Shown: positions 1-12,583 of the stretch, one piece after another
Layout: every line of letters starts with the position of its first letter
Position numbering within the stretch: position 1 is the first letter of the stretch
Source of the DNA: Octopus bimaculoides
Lineage: Eukaryota
Length of the DNA stretch: 64,000 nt
Direction: 5' to 3'
NCBI RefSeq assembly: GCF_001194135.2
Contig: NC_068995.1
Span: forward strand, 24,082,393-24,146,392
Position numbers and translations under genes: made by a program
Notes under the pieces: model-generated
The model's input: only the letters and a program-made list of their open reading frames with translations
Databases searched by the model: none
Told to the model about the DNA's origin: nothing

Positions 1-63
<63 letters not shown>

Positions 64-1562
64 GTATGTACATATGTATATATAGTGAGATCTAATGAGA
101 AAGAGAGAGTGAGAGAGCCTTCACCCTCTTGGTTTTTATGGAAAAGTATAGTATAGCAGATTGGCTGTATGGCGAAATTTATGGCTGCAAACTCAAGAAA
201 ACAGTACAAAATAGATTAGCCAAGCTTTATGGCTGACAAAAAATTAAAAGCATAAACTTGATTTCGTTTCATTGACAGAATTGTCTCCCTTGTTGTTTTA
301 TTCTATATTTACCTTTCTTTTTAGCTTTACTTATTTATTGCTCCACTTTGCTTTTTTTCCCTATTGTTTCTTTTATTTATATATTTATTAATTTACTTTA
401 CATTTTCTATTTTTACCCATTTTTCGTTTCATTCCATCTTCGCTTAATGTTATTGTATTTTATTTCTTTTCATAAAATTGGATTTTTCTTTTTGTTCACA
501 TTTATGCTTCTCTTTTCTTTATTTGTATATTTTCCTTTTTTTTTCTTTTATTTTTACCAGTTTTCTCTTTATTTTTACATTTAGTTATCCAGCTCTTTCT
601 TTCGCTTTCATTTAGTTTTCGACGCTTCTGATTTAATTTTCAGGAGAATCCTTGGCGTGATGTATTTTTAACTGTTATGTATGCCAAGCTATCCTTTCAT
701 ATTGTCTTTGGCTTTTTTGTTTTATATTTCTTAACCGATATATACATACTTTTTTGCCAAAGGTTTACATTTTAGACATCTTAAAGATAATATTAGTTTC
801 GATATAATTAGGAATAAGTAAATAGGTTAGTTTCACTCCAACAGACACGTCTCGGCTTAAGTTTAAACCAAAACTAAAAGATATAATAATATTTAGAATT
901 TAGATAGACGTAAACAGTAAGGTTGTAAAGTAAATGTTTGTAGTTCATGACAATTTTAGTAGGAGTTAGTATGTCTATAGTGTAGATGTGTAGTGAATAG
1001 AGACTTCATAGATAGATACACCATTTACTGTCACATCTAGTGAAGAATTTTTCTTTAGTATTCTGTATCAACGTAATATAAACACAGGAAACAAACTTTC
1101 ACTAATATAATTCTGTTCCATAGATATAACTTCAGAATACACGCATAAAAATATTAATAAGACTTGCAAACAAAAAGCATAACAATTCTTTAGAACATTT
1201 TTACGTGGAACGTATATTTTCACTGCCAAACTGAAGTATTTTATCACAGACATTGTGATAAAATTTGTTCAGTAAAACTGTTTTAGAAAACGAAAACTTG
1301 CCTCATGATAGAATATTGTAACTGCTCACGGAGTTTCGCAATATACCTCAAATTCTATATAGATATCTAAAGAAAAGAACCTTACCTATAAGCCAAAAAC
1401 TTCAATTTATAAAATATTATTTGAATGTTTCATATATGCAGGTATTTTGAAAATACCACACGGAGTGATGTCAGTGCCCTGCATAGTTATGGGTTATCCT
1501 TTGGCAATGTTTGGAATCTGTTCAGTCACCTTTCCAAGGATACGGCGAAGTCATGCAACTGC

Positions 1563-1599
<37 letters not shown>

Positions 1600-1621
1600 T
1601 ACGCACGCACACACAGACACA

Positions 1622-1697
<76 letters not shown>

Positions 1698-1706
1698 CAT
1701 ATACAT

Positions 1707-1777
<71 letters not shown>

Positions 1778-1804
1778 TAGATATGCATATATGTATATGT
1801 ATAT

Positions 1805-2110
1805 ACATGGAAAGAAGAAGTGTATGACCACTATTCTTCGTTTAAATTAAGAAATAAGGCAGGCAGGACTTCTCTAACCACGAAGTTTTGAGAGATCAAG
1901 GATGACAGTGTTAAATTTGAATTGATTTGGGACATTATTAGGTTTACTGAGCCGTACTCAAACAAAAGATACGAGTGCAGGCTTTGCGGCATGGAGCTGT
2001 TTGAAAATTTAAAGTGACCAAATAATGAAGGTCTAATAAATAATGAACTAGGCCTTCGTCTTTCCTGTATACGTAAGGCTACCCTCACCTTTAAATATTT
2101 TAATAGCATT
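1805..2110 (+). mobile_element. Penelope-like element remnant (GIY-YIG endonuclease C-terminus, with stops)
   Basis: Manual translation TWKEEVYDHYSSFKLRNKAGRTSLTTKF*EIKDDSVKFELIWDIIRFTEPYSNKRYECRLCGMELFENLK* follows the PLE C-terminal pattern (FK.RY.NH.SSF...TSLS...W.I+...PYSN....C.LC..E). Confidence 0.75.
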
Positions 2111-3532
2111 AAACAACCTCTATAATCGCTTTTACCTAGAGCCAATATAATTTACTCCCTCTATTGTTGACCCAAAAGTCGAATTATTTGCTTAATTGTT
2201 TTGAGTCCTTCTAATTTTGTTCTTTATCATTACTTCCTTCCATTGTTACTATACTTGCATGAAATGCTATATTGAAGGAGCTAACCATTCTGTTTGTGGT
2301 GTACCCAGTATTCTGCAATAACGATAGCAAAAACATCTTACCTAGAAGTAGCAGCCTGCACACCCTAACCTGTTCTTTTCCAATTCCACTAAGTAAGTAG
2401 TCCTTATGCAAAGATATTATTATTTGTGTTGCGCTTGTTAATTGATAGATGGAACACACCATACAAACCCGCGACTATTGTCCAGAGTTGCATTATCAAA
2501 TTCACACAAGGGTGATTATACTATCTAATTAAGTAATACCAACGCCACCTATATAACATTCCAAATTGTTAACCCTTAAAATATTTCCTACTGTTGGTTT
2601 TCTTTCATATTCGATCTGGTATTCCTCTAAATCTGTACTAGGTATAGTTTATTATATAATCCCTTTTTTCTTTGAATTCCGTCATGATAAGCAGTACTCT
2701 ACTATTACAACGAGGTTTTTCCTCTCCAAGCAGACATGTCCTAATATTACAAGCAGTCTCCACTAACTCATATAATATATTCGTATCTAAAGCAACGCCC
2801 TACATCTTTCCACTTTATCAGATAAATCAATCGCGGTTAACACGACAATTAATTTATTTCGGTTCTCTCCCAGCTACCCACTTCTCTAAGCCTACTATAA
2901 TAAAATATCATCTACACCTCACTCTTGGCTACCAAAGAACCAGTCTAGCAGACTCTTATCTCACCCGGGTTGCTGACCTTAAATTTAATATTACACCCTT
3001 GCAAAAACTATATTCTTCACCTGACTCCACCCACTAATGCCCACAACGGTCAACTTTGTTGGTCATTTTCTCATTTCATAGTTTGCCTCGACAAGCTTCA
3101 GTCACGTCCTTGCTGTATTCTTGGAATATTCTTTTGTTTGTAAAATTACGCTTCATCTGATGATGACGGTTTTTTTTTTTTTGTAATGGAGTAATGTTCT
3201 CATTCTTCTATTAAAATTGCATAAGAAACAGCTGTAACGAGCTGCTAACAATTATCCATTGTCTGTTATTCATTTGATTATACTATACCAAGGAGATTTA
3301 CGACTTGTCGAGCACCCTAGTGTTTACTAACAACGTAACGCGTGCTTTGGACCAGTCCATATGTGCTAAATAATCATAGGGTCGGTTTTCTTTGCGTACA
3401 CAACCGGAATATACAATTTGATACTTACCAAACATACGCCGGAACCACAGGTTTATCCAATCCTGCCTGGTGCATATCTTTTCAAGTACCTGATACTATC
3501 TGAATCCTTATTTCACTATATACATATACATG

Positions 3533-3635
<103 letters not shown>

Positions 3636-3655
3636 ACATACACACACACATATAT

Positions 3656-3690
<35 letters not shown>

Positions 3691-3930
3691 CGGAGCAAAT
3701 CAACCACGAGGACAAAGTAATTCAGGAGAAATTAATTTGCGAAGACACCGTTGACTCTGTTATTATCTAGTTTAACAATTTAAAAATGATAATAACAGAA
3801 TCAACAATATAGGCGATTGCAGACCCCCACAAAAGCATTAAATACATGAAGGATTAAAATTAATCAAAGGACATACTAAGTATGTCTACCTGCTGGACAT
3901 AGCAATCAAAACTCCTTAGATCGCCAAAAT

Positions 3931-4204
3931 ATACTGATAATAATTAGAGAAATCAACCGTTTGTAGGAAAATGAACTAAGACAATCTCCCAGCGTATTGA
4001 TTTCAGTGCAAAATGAATCAGTTGCAGCGCAGACTTCAACACGACGGGTTGGGGGTCTCTATAATGATAACATGTGCTGAGGAAGCAGAGGCTATTATGC
4101 CAGTGCAGAAACCGGTCCTCGTGAGTTCAAATACTTGAATATATGCTGGGAAATTGTCTTAGCTCGTTTGCCTTCGGACGGTTGATTTCCGCAGTTTTTA
4201 TCAG
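3931..4204. repeat. Imperfect inverted repeat (arms 3931-3998 and 4141-4204), right arm truncated by N-gap
   Basis: gaaatcaaccgtttgtaggaaaatgaactaagacaatctcccagcgtat vs reverse complement of 4141-4189, gaaatcaaccgtccgaaggcaaacgagctaagacaatttcccagcatat. Confidence 0.85.
4071..4123 (+). ncRNA. Minimal type I hammerhead ribozyme motif (slightly degenerate)
   Basis: CATGTG-CTGAGGA-AGCAGAGGC tattat GCCAGTGCA-GAAA-CCGG-TC-CTCGTG. Core 4077-4083, GAAA 4108-4111, palindromic ACCGGT helix III, GUC triplet. Confidence 0.6.
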
Positions 4205-4284
4205 NNNNNNNNNNNNNNNNNNNNNNNNNNNNNNNNNNNNNNNNNNNNNNNNNNNNNNNNNNNNNNNNNNNNNNNNNNNNNNNN

Positions 4285-4323
<39 letters not shown>

Positions 4324-4329
4324 TATATG

Positions 4330-4535
4330 GGTGGGTGGGTGCCCTTGTGTCTATGTTTGACTCTGCCACTGCTTAACAACTGGTGTCGATGTGCTTACGT
4401 GGCCGTAACTTAGCAGTTCAGCAAAAGTGTTTAATGGAATAGGTATCATGCTTTAATAAAGAAGAGTGCTGAGGTCGATTCACTCCAGTAAAAATTGTTC
4501 AATGCAGTCTAATGATTCAAACAAATCAAAGATAT
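4330..4535 (+). mobile_element. SINE family A, 3' half
   Basis: Matches the 3' half of the full copies at 6226, 40322 and 43587 (gcttaacaactggtgtc...cgtaacttagcagttc...gcagtctaatga). Confidence 0.75.
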
Positions 4536-5560
4536 ACATAGTTTTACATATATTTTCACTTGAGTGATATGATATTTTGTGGGCAAAAATACTTCATTTC
4601 TCTATGCTTCCCTCATTTATTCTTACATATTACTGTTTTCCTGAAGTATAATAAGATTCCAGGTAATTTGATGGTAAACACTTCGACATACCTATGTTAA
4701 GGAATTACTTCTTATAAATATTTTATGTAAAGAAATAAAACAAAGCTTTTCATGAATGGCATACAATGTTAAGAGGTAGTGATGAACAACTAAATTTTCA
4801 TTCTCTCTAATGATTTTCTTCCCATTAAAATACATAAGGTCATTTTATAATGGAACGGGGAATAGTGGATCAGTCTGAACAGAGCGCATTAATTTAATCT
4901 ATGCCAGAAGGATGAAAGGCTAAGCATATTTGTCCGTATTTAAACATCGAATCCTAAGAAATCGAACAGCGTCGTAAAAATTACGTAATCCGATTCTGTA
5001 AGCAAGATCACTTCAAACTCATCTCAAGAGATTTTCAAAGCAAACTGACTGGTGAATTTTATTACCACAATAATCCTGCCGTGCAACATCTCTATAAGTA
5101 TTAGCGAGGAAATATCGATGACTAAATAAAACTGCAAAAATATTCTAACTGTTGTTAAAACTCTCAACACTGAAACTTTAAAATCCTGTATTTACTACCA
5201 GTATATTAAGTACTAGTTTATGAGGACCTTTCTATATAATGTTATTTCTTACACAATAATAAAAATTGAACATGGTAAGTGTAAGGCAATGAAATCATGT
5301 GGCATACATCTTTCGCTGATCATTTTAACGAATGAGAAGCTCAAAACTGGGATGGATCTCGGATGCTGGGGTATTTCATTTTAGTACATGAGTTAATTTC
5401 ATACTTTATTCGATAAAGAAATGGGTATCTTTACCATTCATGTTTTTCCTAAATCACTTATCACTTAAGAAAACTAAAATATTTTCAACGATGAACAGAA
5501 AATAATGGAAGTCATGAATCGGTGAGAACATAGTGTGATTGAAAGTGTTCTTATATTGCT

Positions 5561-5771
5561 TTCAAATTTTGGCACAAGGCCAGCAATTTGAGGGAGAGTT
5601 AAGTTACTTTACATCGATCTCTGTTTTCAACTGCTACTTATTTTATCGACTCCGAAAGACATGAAAGGCAAAGTCGACCTCAGCGGAATTTGAAATCGGA
5701 ACGTAAAGACGGACGAAAAGACGCTAAGCATTTTGCACGGCGTGCTAACGATTCTAGCAACTCGCTGCCTT
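5561..5771 (-). mobile_element. SINE family B (tRNA-derived head, GCCTTTCAT..GGAGTCGATAAAATAAGTA central domain)
   Basis: Reverse complement aligns end to end with copies at 26481, 50294 and 11200. Confidence 0.9.
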
Positions 5772-6225
5772 ATATTAGCAGAAAACTCGCTGTCTTATAT
5801 TAGCAGAAAATGATGTTAGGTGGAATTGTTTTCAGTACATACCTTGTATTTTTTTAATCGATCCCGGATAAAAGATTATGATATACTCAGGATTGTAGAG
5901 ATAGAATATAAATATTCGTTAGCATTTGATCCGTGTTCTGCCATGTGTGCAATACCAAAATTTAAGTGGACTGATAAGGCTAATTGCATCAAATGCCCTG
6001 ATGATTACTAGTATATCTCTTCAGCACTTGATAAACAATTGGGAAAGCGGGTACAGTAACGTTTTCCAAGATGTTCCTAATTTTTATCCATGGAAATTAA
6101 ATTCTTCATTTTTTTAACTCTGAGTTAGGACTAATAAAGATAATAATCATATGGATGGGCAGAAGCAACAGTATTCCTGATACAAGAACATACCAACTCT
6201 CTTTCATATAATGAAATGAATATCC

Positions 6226-6570
6226 AGGTGTGGCTATGTGGTTAGAGGTTTGCTCTCTAATCACATGGTTCCAGGTTCAGTCCTAATTTTGGTATTTTGG
6301 GCAAGTGCCTTCTACTATAGCCTCGAGCCGACCAAAGCCCCGTGAGTGAACTTCGTTGACGAAAACTGAAAGTAGTCCGTCGTAGATGTGTGTGTTGTGT
6401 CTTTGTGTCTGTGTTTGTCCCCACCACCACTTGTCAACCGATGTTGTTGCATTTATGTCCCCCGTAACATAGCGGTTCGACAAACAAGTTCAATAGTATC
6501 AGGCTATAAACTTCAACACGATGCCCCCCCAACATGACCACAGTCTAGCGACAAGTAAAAGATAAAAGAC
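6226..6570 (+). mobile_element. SINE family A (tRNA head, CORE-like TTGGGCAAGT segment, central GT tract, 3' AAAAGATAAAAGA end)
   Basis: A/B-box-like head tggctatgtggttag...ggttccaggttcagtcc, then ttgggcaagtgccttctactatagcc. Many similar copies in the window. Confidence 0.9.
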
Positions 6571-6979
6571 GAATCCTACCATAGAGATGACAAATTTTGT
6601 CAGTTTGAAACATTTCCTATAACAATACACCATTGTATATACAATGTCCCACACTCACACCGACAAAATAATCATAGGAACAGGGCGATGCAGCAAAGGT
6701 GATCTATATGTGTCTAGACACCAATATTTCAAGTGTTGCGAGGGAAAACTCGCCGATATTCAAATAAAATTATCCTTAAAAATGTGGATGTTAAACTACT
6801 GTGCAAAAGTAACTTACAGGTAGCTAGATATCTCCTCATAATACTCCTGCTAGTAATCTTAATAGCAAACCTTGTACTTACATACAGGGAAACACACATA
6901 TACATACGTATACATACTCACACATATGTATATATGCATGAACATATAAATACATATATTTGAGTATATATATTATATG

Positions 6980-7067
<88 letters not shown>

Positions 7068-8194
7068 TGTGTGTATACGTATTCATAAATGTACATATAT
7101 TTACATATACGTACATCTATCTATCTATATACACGTACACATATACACATATATGTGTATGCATACATATATGCATTTGCATATGTTTATATGCTTCTAC
7201 ATATTCCTCATTTCAATGCTGTTGTTGCTTTTAATAAGACTATATACAAACGTTGCCTCAATATGACCAAAGCTCTTCAATCAATGCTGGGCTATTTAAT
7301 TTTTCTTTCCCATTTTTACATCAAAGTCTTAAATCTGATAGTTGGCTGTTTCCCCTTCACTTACCAAATGAGTATACGGATTTAGTTAAGATAATTCATA
7401 TATTGCATTTTGAATATATTTATAAGCAAAAACATTTTCCATGCTTAATCATCTTAATGTTATCTTAGAAGAAAGACATAGGAGAAGGTTAAATGATATT
7501 ACTTCTACAATTATCTCCCCTGCGAATTTAAACTTCAACACTGCAATGGCGCAAAAATCTCATTAGCTTTAAATAATTAATATACGTGAGTTCTATAATA
7601 ATGGTTAAGTTCACTGATCTCTTGTAAAACAGTTTCTAATCAATGCAGAACAACTTGCATTAGCACCCTTAAGAAAGGCATGATCATATACAATGTCATT
7701 CATCATATACATATATAGCCTATATTTTGTAGCTATCATTATTTAATAATAATATGGAGCAACTGTGTTGTTAGAAACAGTTGAGCACCAGAATAAATCT
7801 TACAATAGTTACTATTGTAAAAGAATGTTCAGATTGTATCGATACCGCTTTGCATTTCATTCTACTAAATTCTACGTATTCTATCATACACAGAACACTG
7901 TATTATTTAATCATGGGAAAATGGTTAAACAAGTTGCTTCTCAATTTGTTCGTTTCGATTTCAATCTTAATTCTCGATTTCTTTGGATAGTGATGTGATT
8001 TTTACCATAACTTTAGGTTAACCAATTTCCTTAAGAGTTGAATCTGATAATCGAAAACTATGCAGAAGTCTGTCGTGCTTGGATATATGTGTGTGCGCAT
8101 TTTTGTATATGTATATACAATATATATTCAACAACATAAATGCACACAAGATCATATGTATATATAGATGCGCAGACATGACTGTATGATAAGA

Positions 8195-8337
8195 AGTTGC
8201 CTGTGCAGGCGTAGTGTTCCGCATTCAGTTCCACTACATGGTATCGTGGGCAAATGTCTACTACTATAGCCTCAGGCCGACCAAAAATTTGTGAGTGTAT
8301 TTGGCAAATTGAGATTGAAAGAAGCTCGTCGCTTGTC

Positions 8338-8340
<3 letters not shown>
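8195..8340 (+). mobile_element. SINE family A, 5' part ending in (TA)n
   Basis: gggcaaatgtctactactatagcctcaggccgaccaaa...gaaagaagctcgtc. Confidence 0.8.
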
Positions 8341-8396
<56 letters not shown>

Positions 8397-8479
8397 GGGC
8401 GGGGTGCTTTCTTTTAATTTGGAATAAATTTTGATCACCCACCTGCTTGATATTAAGGTTAGGAAGGAAAGCATCGTTT

Positions 8480-9330
8480 TTTGCCCATCATTTTTACCTT
8501 AAGAAGGTCTTGCTGTTTTTCTATTGTCATTGATATCATGACCATTTGTAGGATCTGCGCTCTCTCCCCAAGAACCCAAGTTCAGCTAATCTTTGCTCAA
8601 CATGGGTTTGTATGTCACTTGTTGCTGCAATAATAATAGTTATCAGCTTGCAGTATATCTTGGGTACTGGATTTGCAAACTCTCTATCAATTGTCCATAG
8701 ATGTCCTCTTTCTCTTGTATTCTAGTAACCACATTCGTGTTCAGAGCGCAGCTTACTTCCACAACATATCATAACTCTTTTTCCTTGTCATTTACACAAT
8801 ATATCATCGGTTGTGTTTTGACTTGGTGACTATTCTAATTTTTTATTTCCACCAATATTCTCCTGACCCATCGGTCTCAATATAGTTGACTTCGTCTTTA
8901 GGTATTCCCTTACTCGTTAACACCTTCCTAACTGTCCTGGTCACCGCATCATGCCTCATGGGAAGGTAATATATGGAAAATATACTCTCACATTTGGCAA
9001 AACTGTGGTTGGTATCTTCAGTTTTGGCCATGCACGTCCTACATTTCTTGTCTTTCAATGTTTTCTGCCTTTTATGCAGCAGGTACTTAGCGGAGATCTC
9101 GTTCTTGAATTGCATGGAAACAGCTTTCCAAATAGAATGTCATAAACTTATCGGTACACTTTACCAAGCTTTTGACATGATCAATCCCTTCTAAGGTTTG
9201 TTTTTCGTGAACTGGTACTGTGACAAATAGATTTTGCCAATGCTCTTTATCGGCTTTTATTTGATACCTTTCCTCAAGTTCATTAACTATACTAATTATG
9301 TTGCTAATTTCATGGTCATGAACCTGGGCA
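8480..9330 (-). mobile_element. RLE-type non-LTR retrotransposon 3' remnant (R4/Dong-like): CCHC knuckle plus endonuclease
   Basis: ORFs 9087-9452 and 8843-9115: CFHAIQERDL; KCRTCMAKTEDTNHSFAKC...MRHDAV (CxxC-H-C); EYWW...KHNR. Frameshifted. Confidence 0.8.
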
Positions 9331-9434
9331 AGATCATTACTGATCTCTTTCCTCTGGTGGAGATTTTCAAGTGTCACAATACGTGCATCATATGATATCA
9401 ATAACAGATATGATATATGTATGTATTTATGTGT

Positions 9435-9625
9435 GTCTATGGTCGTCGCCAATCACCGGTTGGTAACCGGTGTTGTGCTTCCGTACCCGTAACTTAGAAA
9501 TTCGACAGAAGAACCGATAGAAAAAGTATCAAGCTTAAACAAAATAAGTAGTGAGGTAGATGCGTTCGACTAAAATTCTTCGAAGACCAGCATGGCTGCT
9601 GTCTAATGACTGAAGCAAGATAAAC
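9435..9625 (+). mobile_element. SINE family A, 3' half
   Basis: aaccggtgttgtg...cgtaacttag...ccagcatggctgctgtctaatgactgaagcaag. Confidence 0.8.
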
Positions 9626-9789
9626 AATATATGTATGTATATGTATATATGTATGTATATGCATATATGTATATGTGTGTGTAAATATATATATATATGT
9701 ACATGAGTATGTATATATTTATACATGCGTGTGTGTGTGCGTGTGTGTGTATGTGTGTATAATGTGAGAGGCGGAGAGTGGAAGATACG

Positions 9790-9920
9790 AGAAACTAACT
9801 TTATTGATCCCTACAATCGTTTCAACCCATCTGCCATCGATTCCTCGGCGTAGGCTACTACACAAGTGGTTCGTGTGTATCCGTCGGTGTAGATGTGTCT
9901 CCTCGAGTGATTTCACACAA
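9790..9920 (-). mobile_element. Possible PLE 3' end with decayed HHR-like motif
   Basis: Minus strand CCTACG-CCGAGGA-ATCGAT...GGTT-GAAA-CGATT-GTAGG following a short LEETHLHRRIHTNHL relic. Confidence 0.35.
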
Positions 9921-10814
9921 CTTATTTCGGCGTTTTCTTCTTGGTCTTCGTAGATAGAAATGGTAAATTGATTGATATTGTTTCATTTTTATAGAAGATC
10001 ATTAACAAAAAGATCAGATAAAAAAAAAATACATAACAAATTGAAATATCTATTATGAAGCGGTTCGACAAATATATATATATATATATACATTGTTCCC
10101 TTAAACTTATTGTTGGTTTCTGTCTGGACTCTGAAACCACTTTCATCAGTGCTTCAAAAAATATCTCATGCTAATTGTTCCAGGGAAGTTGTGCAGATGC
10201 TTTTCCTGTAACTATTTCCATGTTAAATGCAGTGAACCGTTTATTGACTCGTTTGTAACTATATATAACTAATGACACTAATATTCACAAAATATGTGTA
10301 CATACAATAAAAAATAATTAATAAATGATAATATAGAGTTTCTCTCTTGGGTAAATTAGTAACACGACAAGATCTCATTTTCATACTGATGTTGAATTAC
10401 AGTATTGTATTTAGCCAAATGTATTAGGTGTTTTGTTAATTCTTTTTATAAAAATCCTAACACTATATTGAATATTATTTGACGCCAAGAGATCATCTTT
10501 TGTTGTTTTTTAGTTGACAAGATAAACAAATGTTGCCTGTAGATTTGAAACTTCTACAGAAAAGAGAGAAAGTATTTTGTTTCATACAGATTTTATTGAT
10601 AACGATTACTTTATTTCGCAAAACATAGTTATTTGTTTTATTGGAAACAAAATTAAATTAAAGAACTTTGTTCACAAGCACAAGCCCATGTTTGTAGAGA
10701 TATATATATATGGCAGATTGAATTAAATAAATACATATATAAACGTTAAGATGTGCTAGTGGGTGTATACAGTATATACAAAGTACAGTGTACTCAGATA
10801 TATATACCTTTAAA

Positions 10815-10947
10815 CCTTTTATTTTTTACGTGTTTCGGTCATTAAACTGCGGCCAAGCCAGGTCACCATATGGTGCCCTAGCTAGGCCGCAGACACAAAA
10901 ACACACACAAACACACAGACACGTGTACATACACATACACACACACA

Positions 10948-11003
<56 letters not shown>

Positions 11004-11115
11004 ACGAGCTTCTTTTAGTTTCCGTCAACTGAATCCACTCAGAAGGCTTTGGTCGGCCCAAGCCTAAAGTAGACGACACTTGTCCAAGATGCCACTGTGT
11101 GACACCTTGGCCAGT
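10815..11115 (-). mobile_element. SINE family A with internal (CA)/(TA) microsatellite
   Basis: gagcttcttttagtttccgtcaactgaatccactc...ggctttggtcggccc...gacacttgtccaagatgccac is the reverse complement of the family A 5' half. Confidence 0.8.
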
Positions 11116-11158
11116 TATTATTATCATCATCATCATTATTATTATTATTATTATTATT

Positions 11159-11189
<31 letters not shown>

Positions 11190-11199
11190 TGATAATAAT

Positions 11200-11416
11200 A
11201 ATCCTTTCCACTATAGGCACAAAGCCTAAATTTTGTTGGGAGGGGACAAGTCGATACATCGACCCCAATCTCGACTGGTATTTAATTTATCGACTCCGAA
11301 AGTACGAAAAGCAAAGTCGACCCCGGCGGAATTTGAATTCAGAACGTAGCAACGGGCGAAATACCATTGCAAAGCATTTCGTCCAGCGTACAAAAGATTC
11401 TGCCAGCTCAGCGCCT
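11200..11416 (-). mobile_element. SINE family B with (TTA)n tail
   Basis: Full-length reverse-complement match to family B. Its tail is the (ATT)n/(AAT)n tract at ~11115-11200. Confidence 0.9.
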
Positions 11417-11419
11417 AAT

Positions 11420-11600
11420 AAAGTCAAAACTGTTGACAAATGTTATAAACATTACCCTGAGTCTGTAACTGAGACTGAAAATGTCAATATTTTCCTGCAC
11501 ATACAAATGTAACGACTTTCCTGTACATACAAACAGAACCATCAAAGCTAATAAACCGGAAATTGTTGTAAAAGGCCAAAATAATGATTTCATTTATTTG
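11420..11600 (+). mobile_element. R4/Dong-like RLE endonuclease fragment
   Basis: CYKHYPESVTETENVNIF / DFPVHTNRTIKANKPEIVVK matches the W.H.PE.V......ILWDF...TD..I..NRPD+VV motif region. Confidence 0.7.
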
Positions 11601-11759
11601 CCACAAGGCCGAAGAATGAAAGAGGACAATACAGAGAGAGACATTAGGTGTGGGGGTTTACATATAATAATGAAATGATAAAAAAAAATTAAATAATGTA
11701 TACACGGTATAAACTGCAAAATAAAAAGTGACATGTGCATAACATAAAGAAAAAGAAAA

Positions 11760-12583
11760 AAGGGGTTCGGCTGATGAAAAGAACCCTAAAAAAAGAGACC
11801 GCAAGCATTATACTGGCAGCGCAGGACCAAGCCTTGGCCACGAACTGGCCAACCTTAGGAATGAGCAAGTCAACCTTAGAAATGAGCAAGTGTTTCCGCT
11901 GTGTCGCGACTGCAATAGAGTGGATGAAACTATTGTCCATATCACGAACGAATGCCCTATACTTGCCCAAAATCACTACAAGTTGTGGCTACACGACCAG
12001 GGAGTGAAAGTGCTACATTGGAAACTGTACGAAAAGCGGGGGCTAAAGAGAGGTATGACGTGGTGTGAGCACAGACCGTATAGAGTGGCAGGGTCGAACA
12101 CTAGCAAAATCCACTGTGATTTCCCAATCTGAATAGATCAGGTGCTAGGGCATAACAGACCGGACCTAGTGGTAGTGGATAAGATGCACCACATATGCTA
12201 TATAGTTGATATTGCATACCCCTTTGACCCACGAATAGGCAAGAAGGAAGAAGAAAAGATAAATAGATACAACCCTCTTAAGTACGAAATAGCCTGGCTA
12301 TGGAAAATGGAGAACGTGAAGATAGTGCCAAATAGTGTTGGGTCCTTGGGAACAGTATCAGAATCCATCAAAGAGGAATACAAAGGAAATTGGAATAGAG
12401 GGCCCAGTGGAACTGTTACAAAAGTTTTGCCTCCTTGGCACGGCCAGAATAATCGGGAAAATATTAGATAGCTGAAAAGAACGAATGGCATGGTACCGTA
12501 GGCAACAGGCAGTAAGCCCTCTACACATGCAAGACTCTAGGAGCTCCAACAAAACCTGTGATAAGGAGAAAATAATAATAATA
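11760..12583 (+). mobile_element. R4/Dong-like LINE 3' end (5'-truncated) with 3' UTR and (AAT)4 tail
   Basis: ILAAQDQAL; CRDCNRVDETIVHITNEC (CCHC); HNRPDLVVVD...IVDIAYPFD...EKINRY (RLE PD..D..K). Stops and frameshifts. Confidence 0.9.

Noticed and set aside
5820-6011. Cys-containing ORF (CSAMCAIPKFKWTDKANCIKCPDDY) suggestive of a cysteine-rich receptor repeat
   Set aside because: Short, ends in a stop, no splice donor and no diagnostic cysteine spacing.
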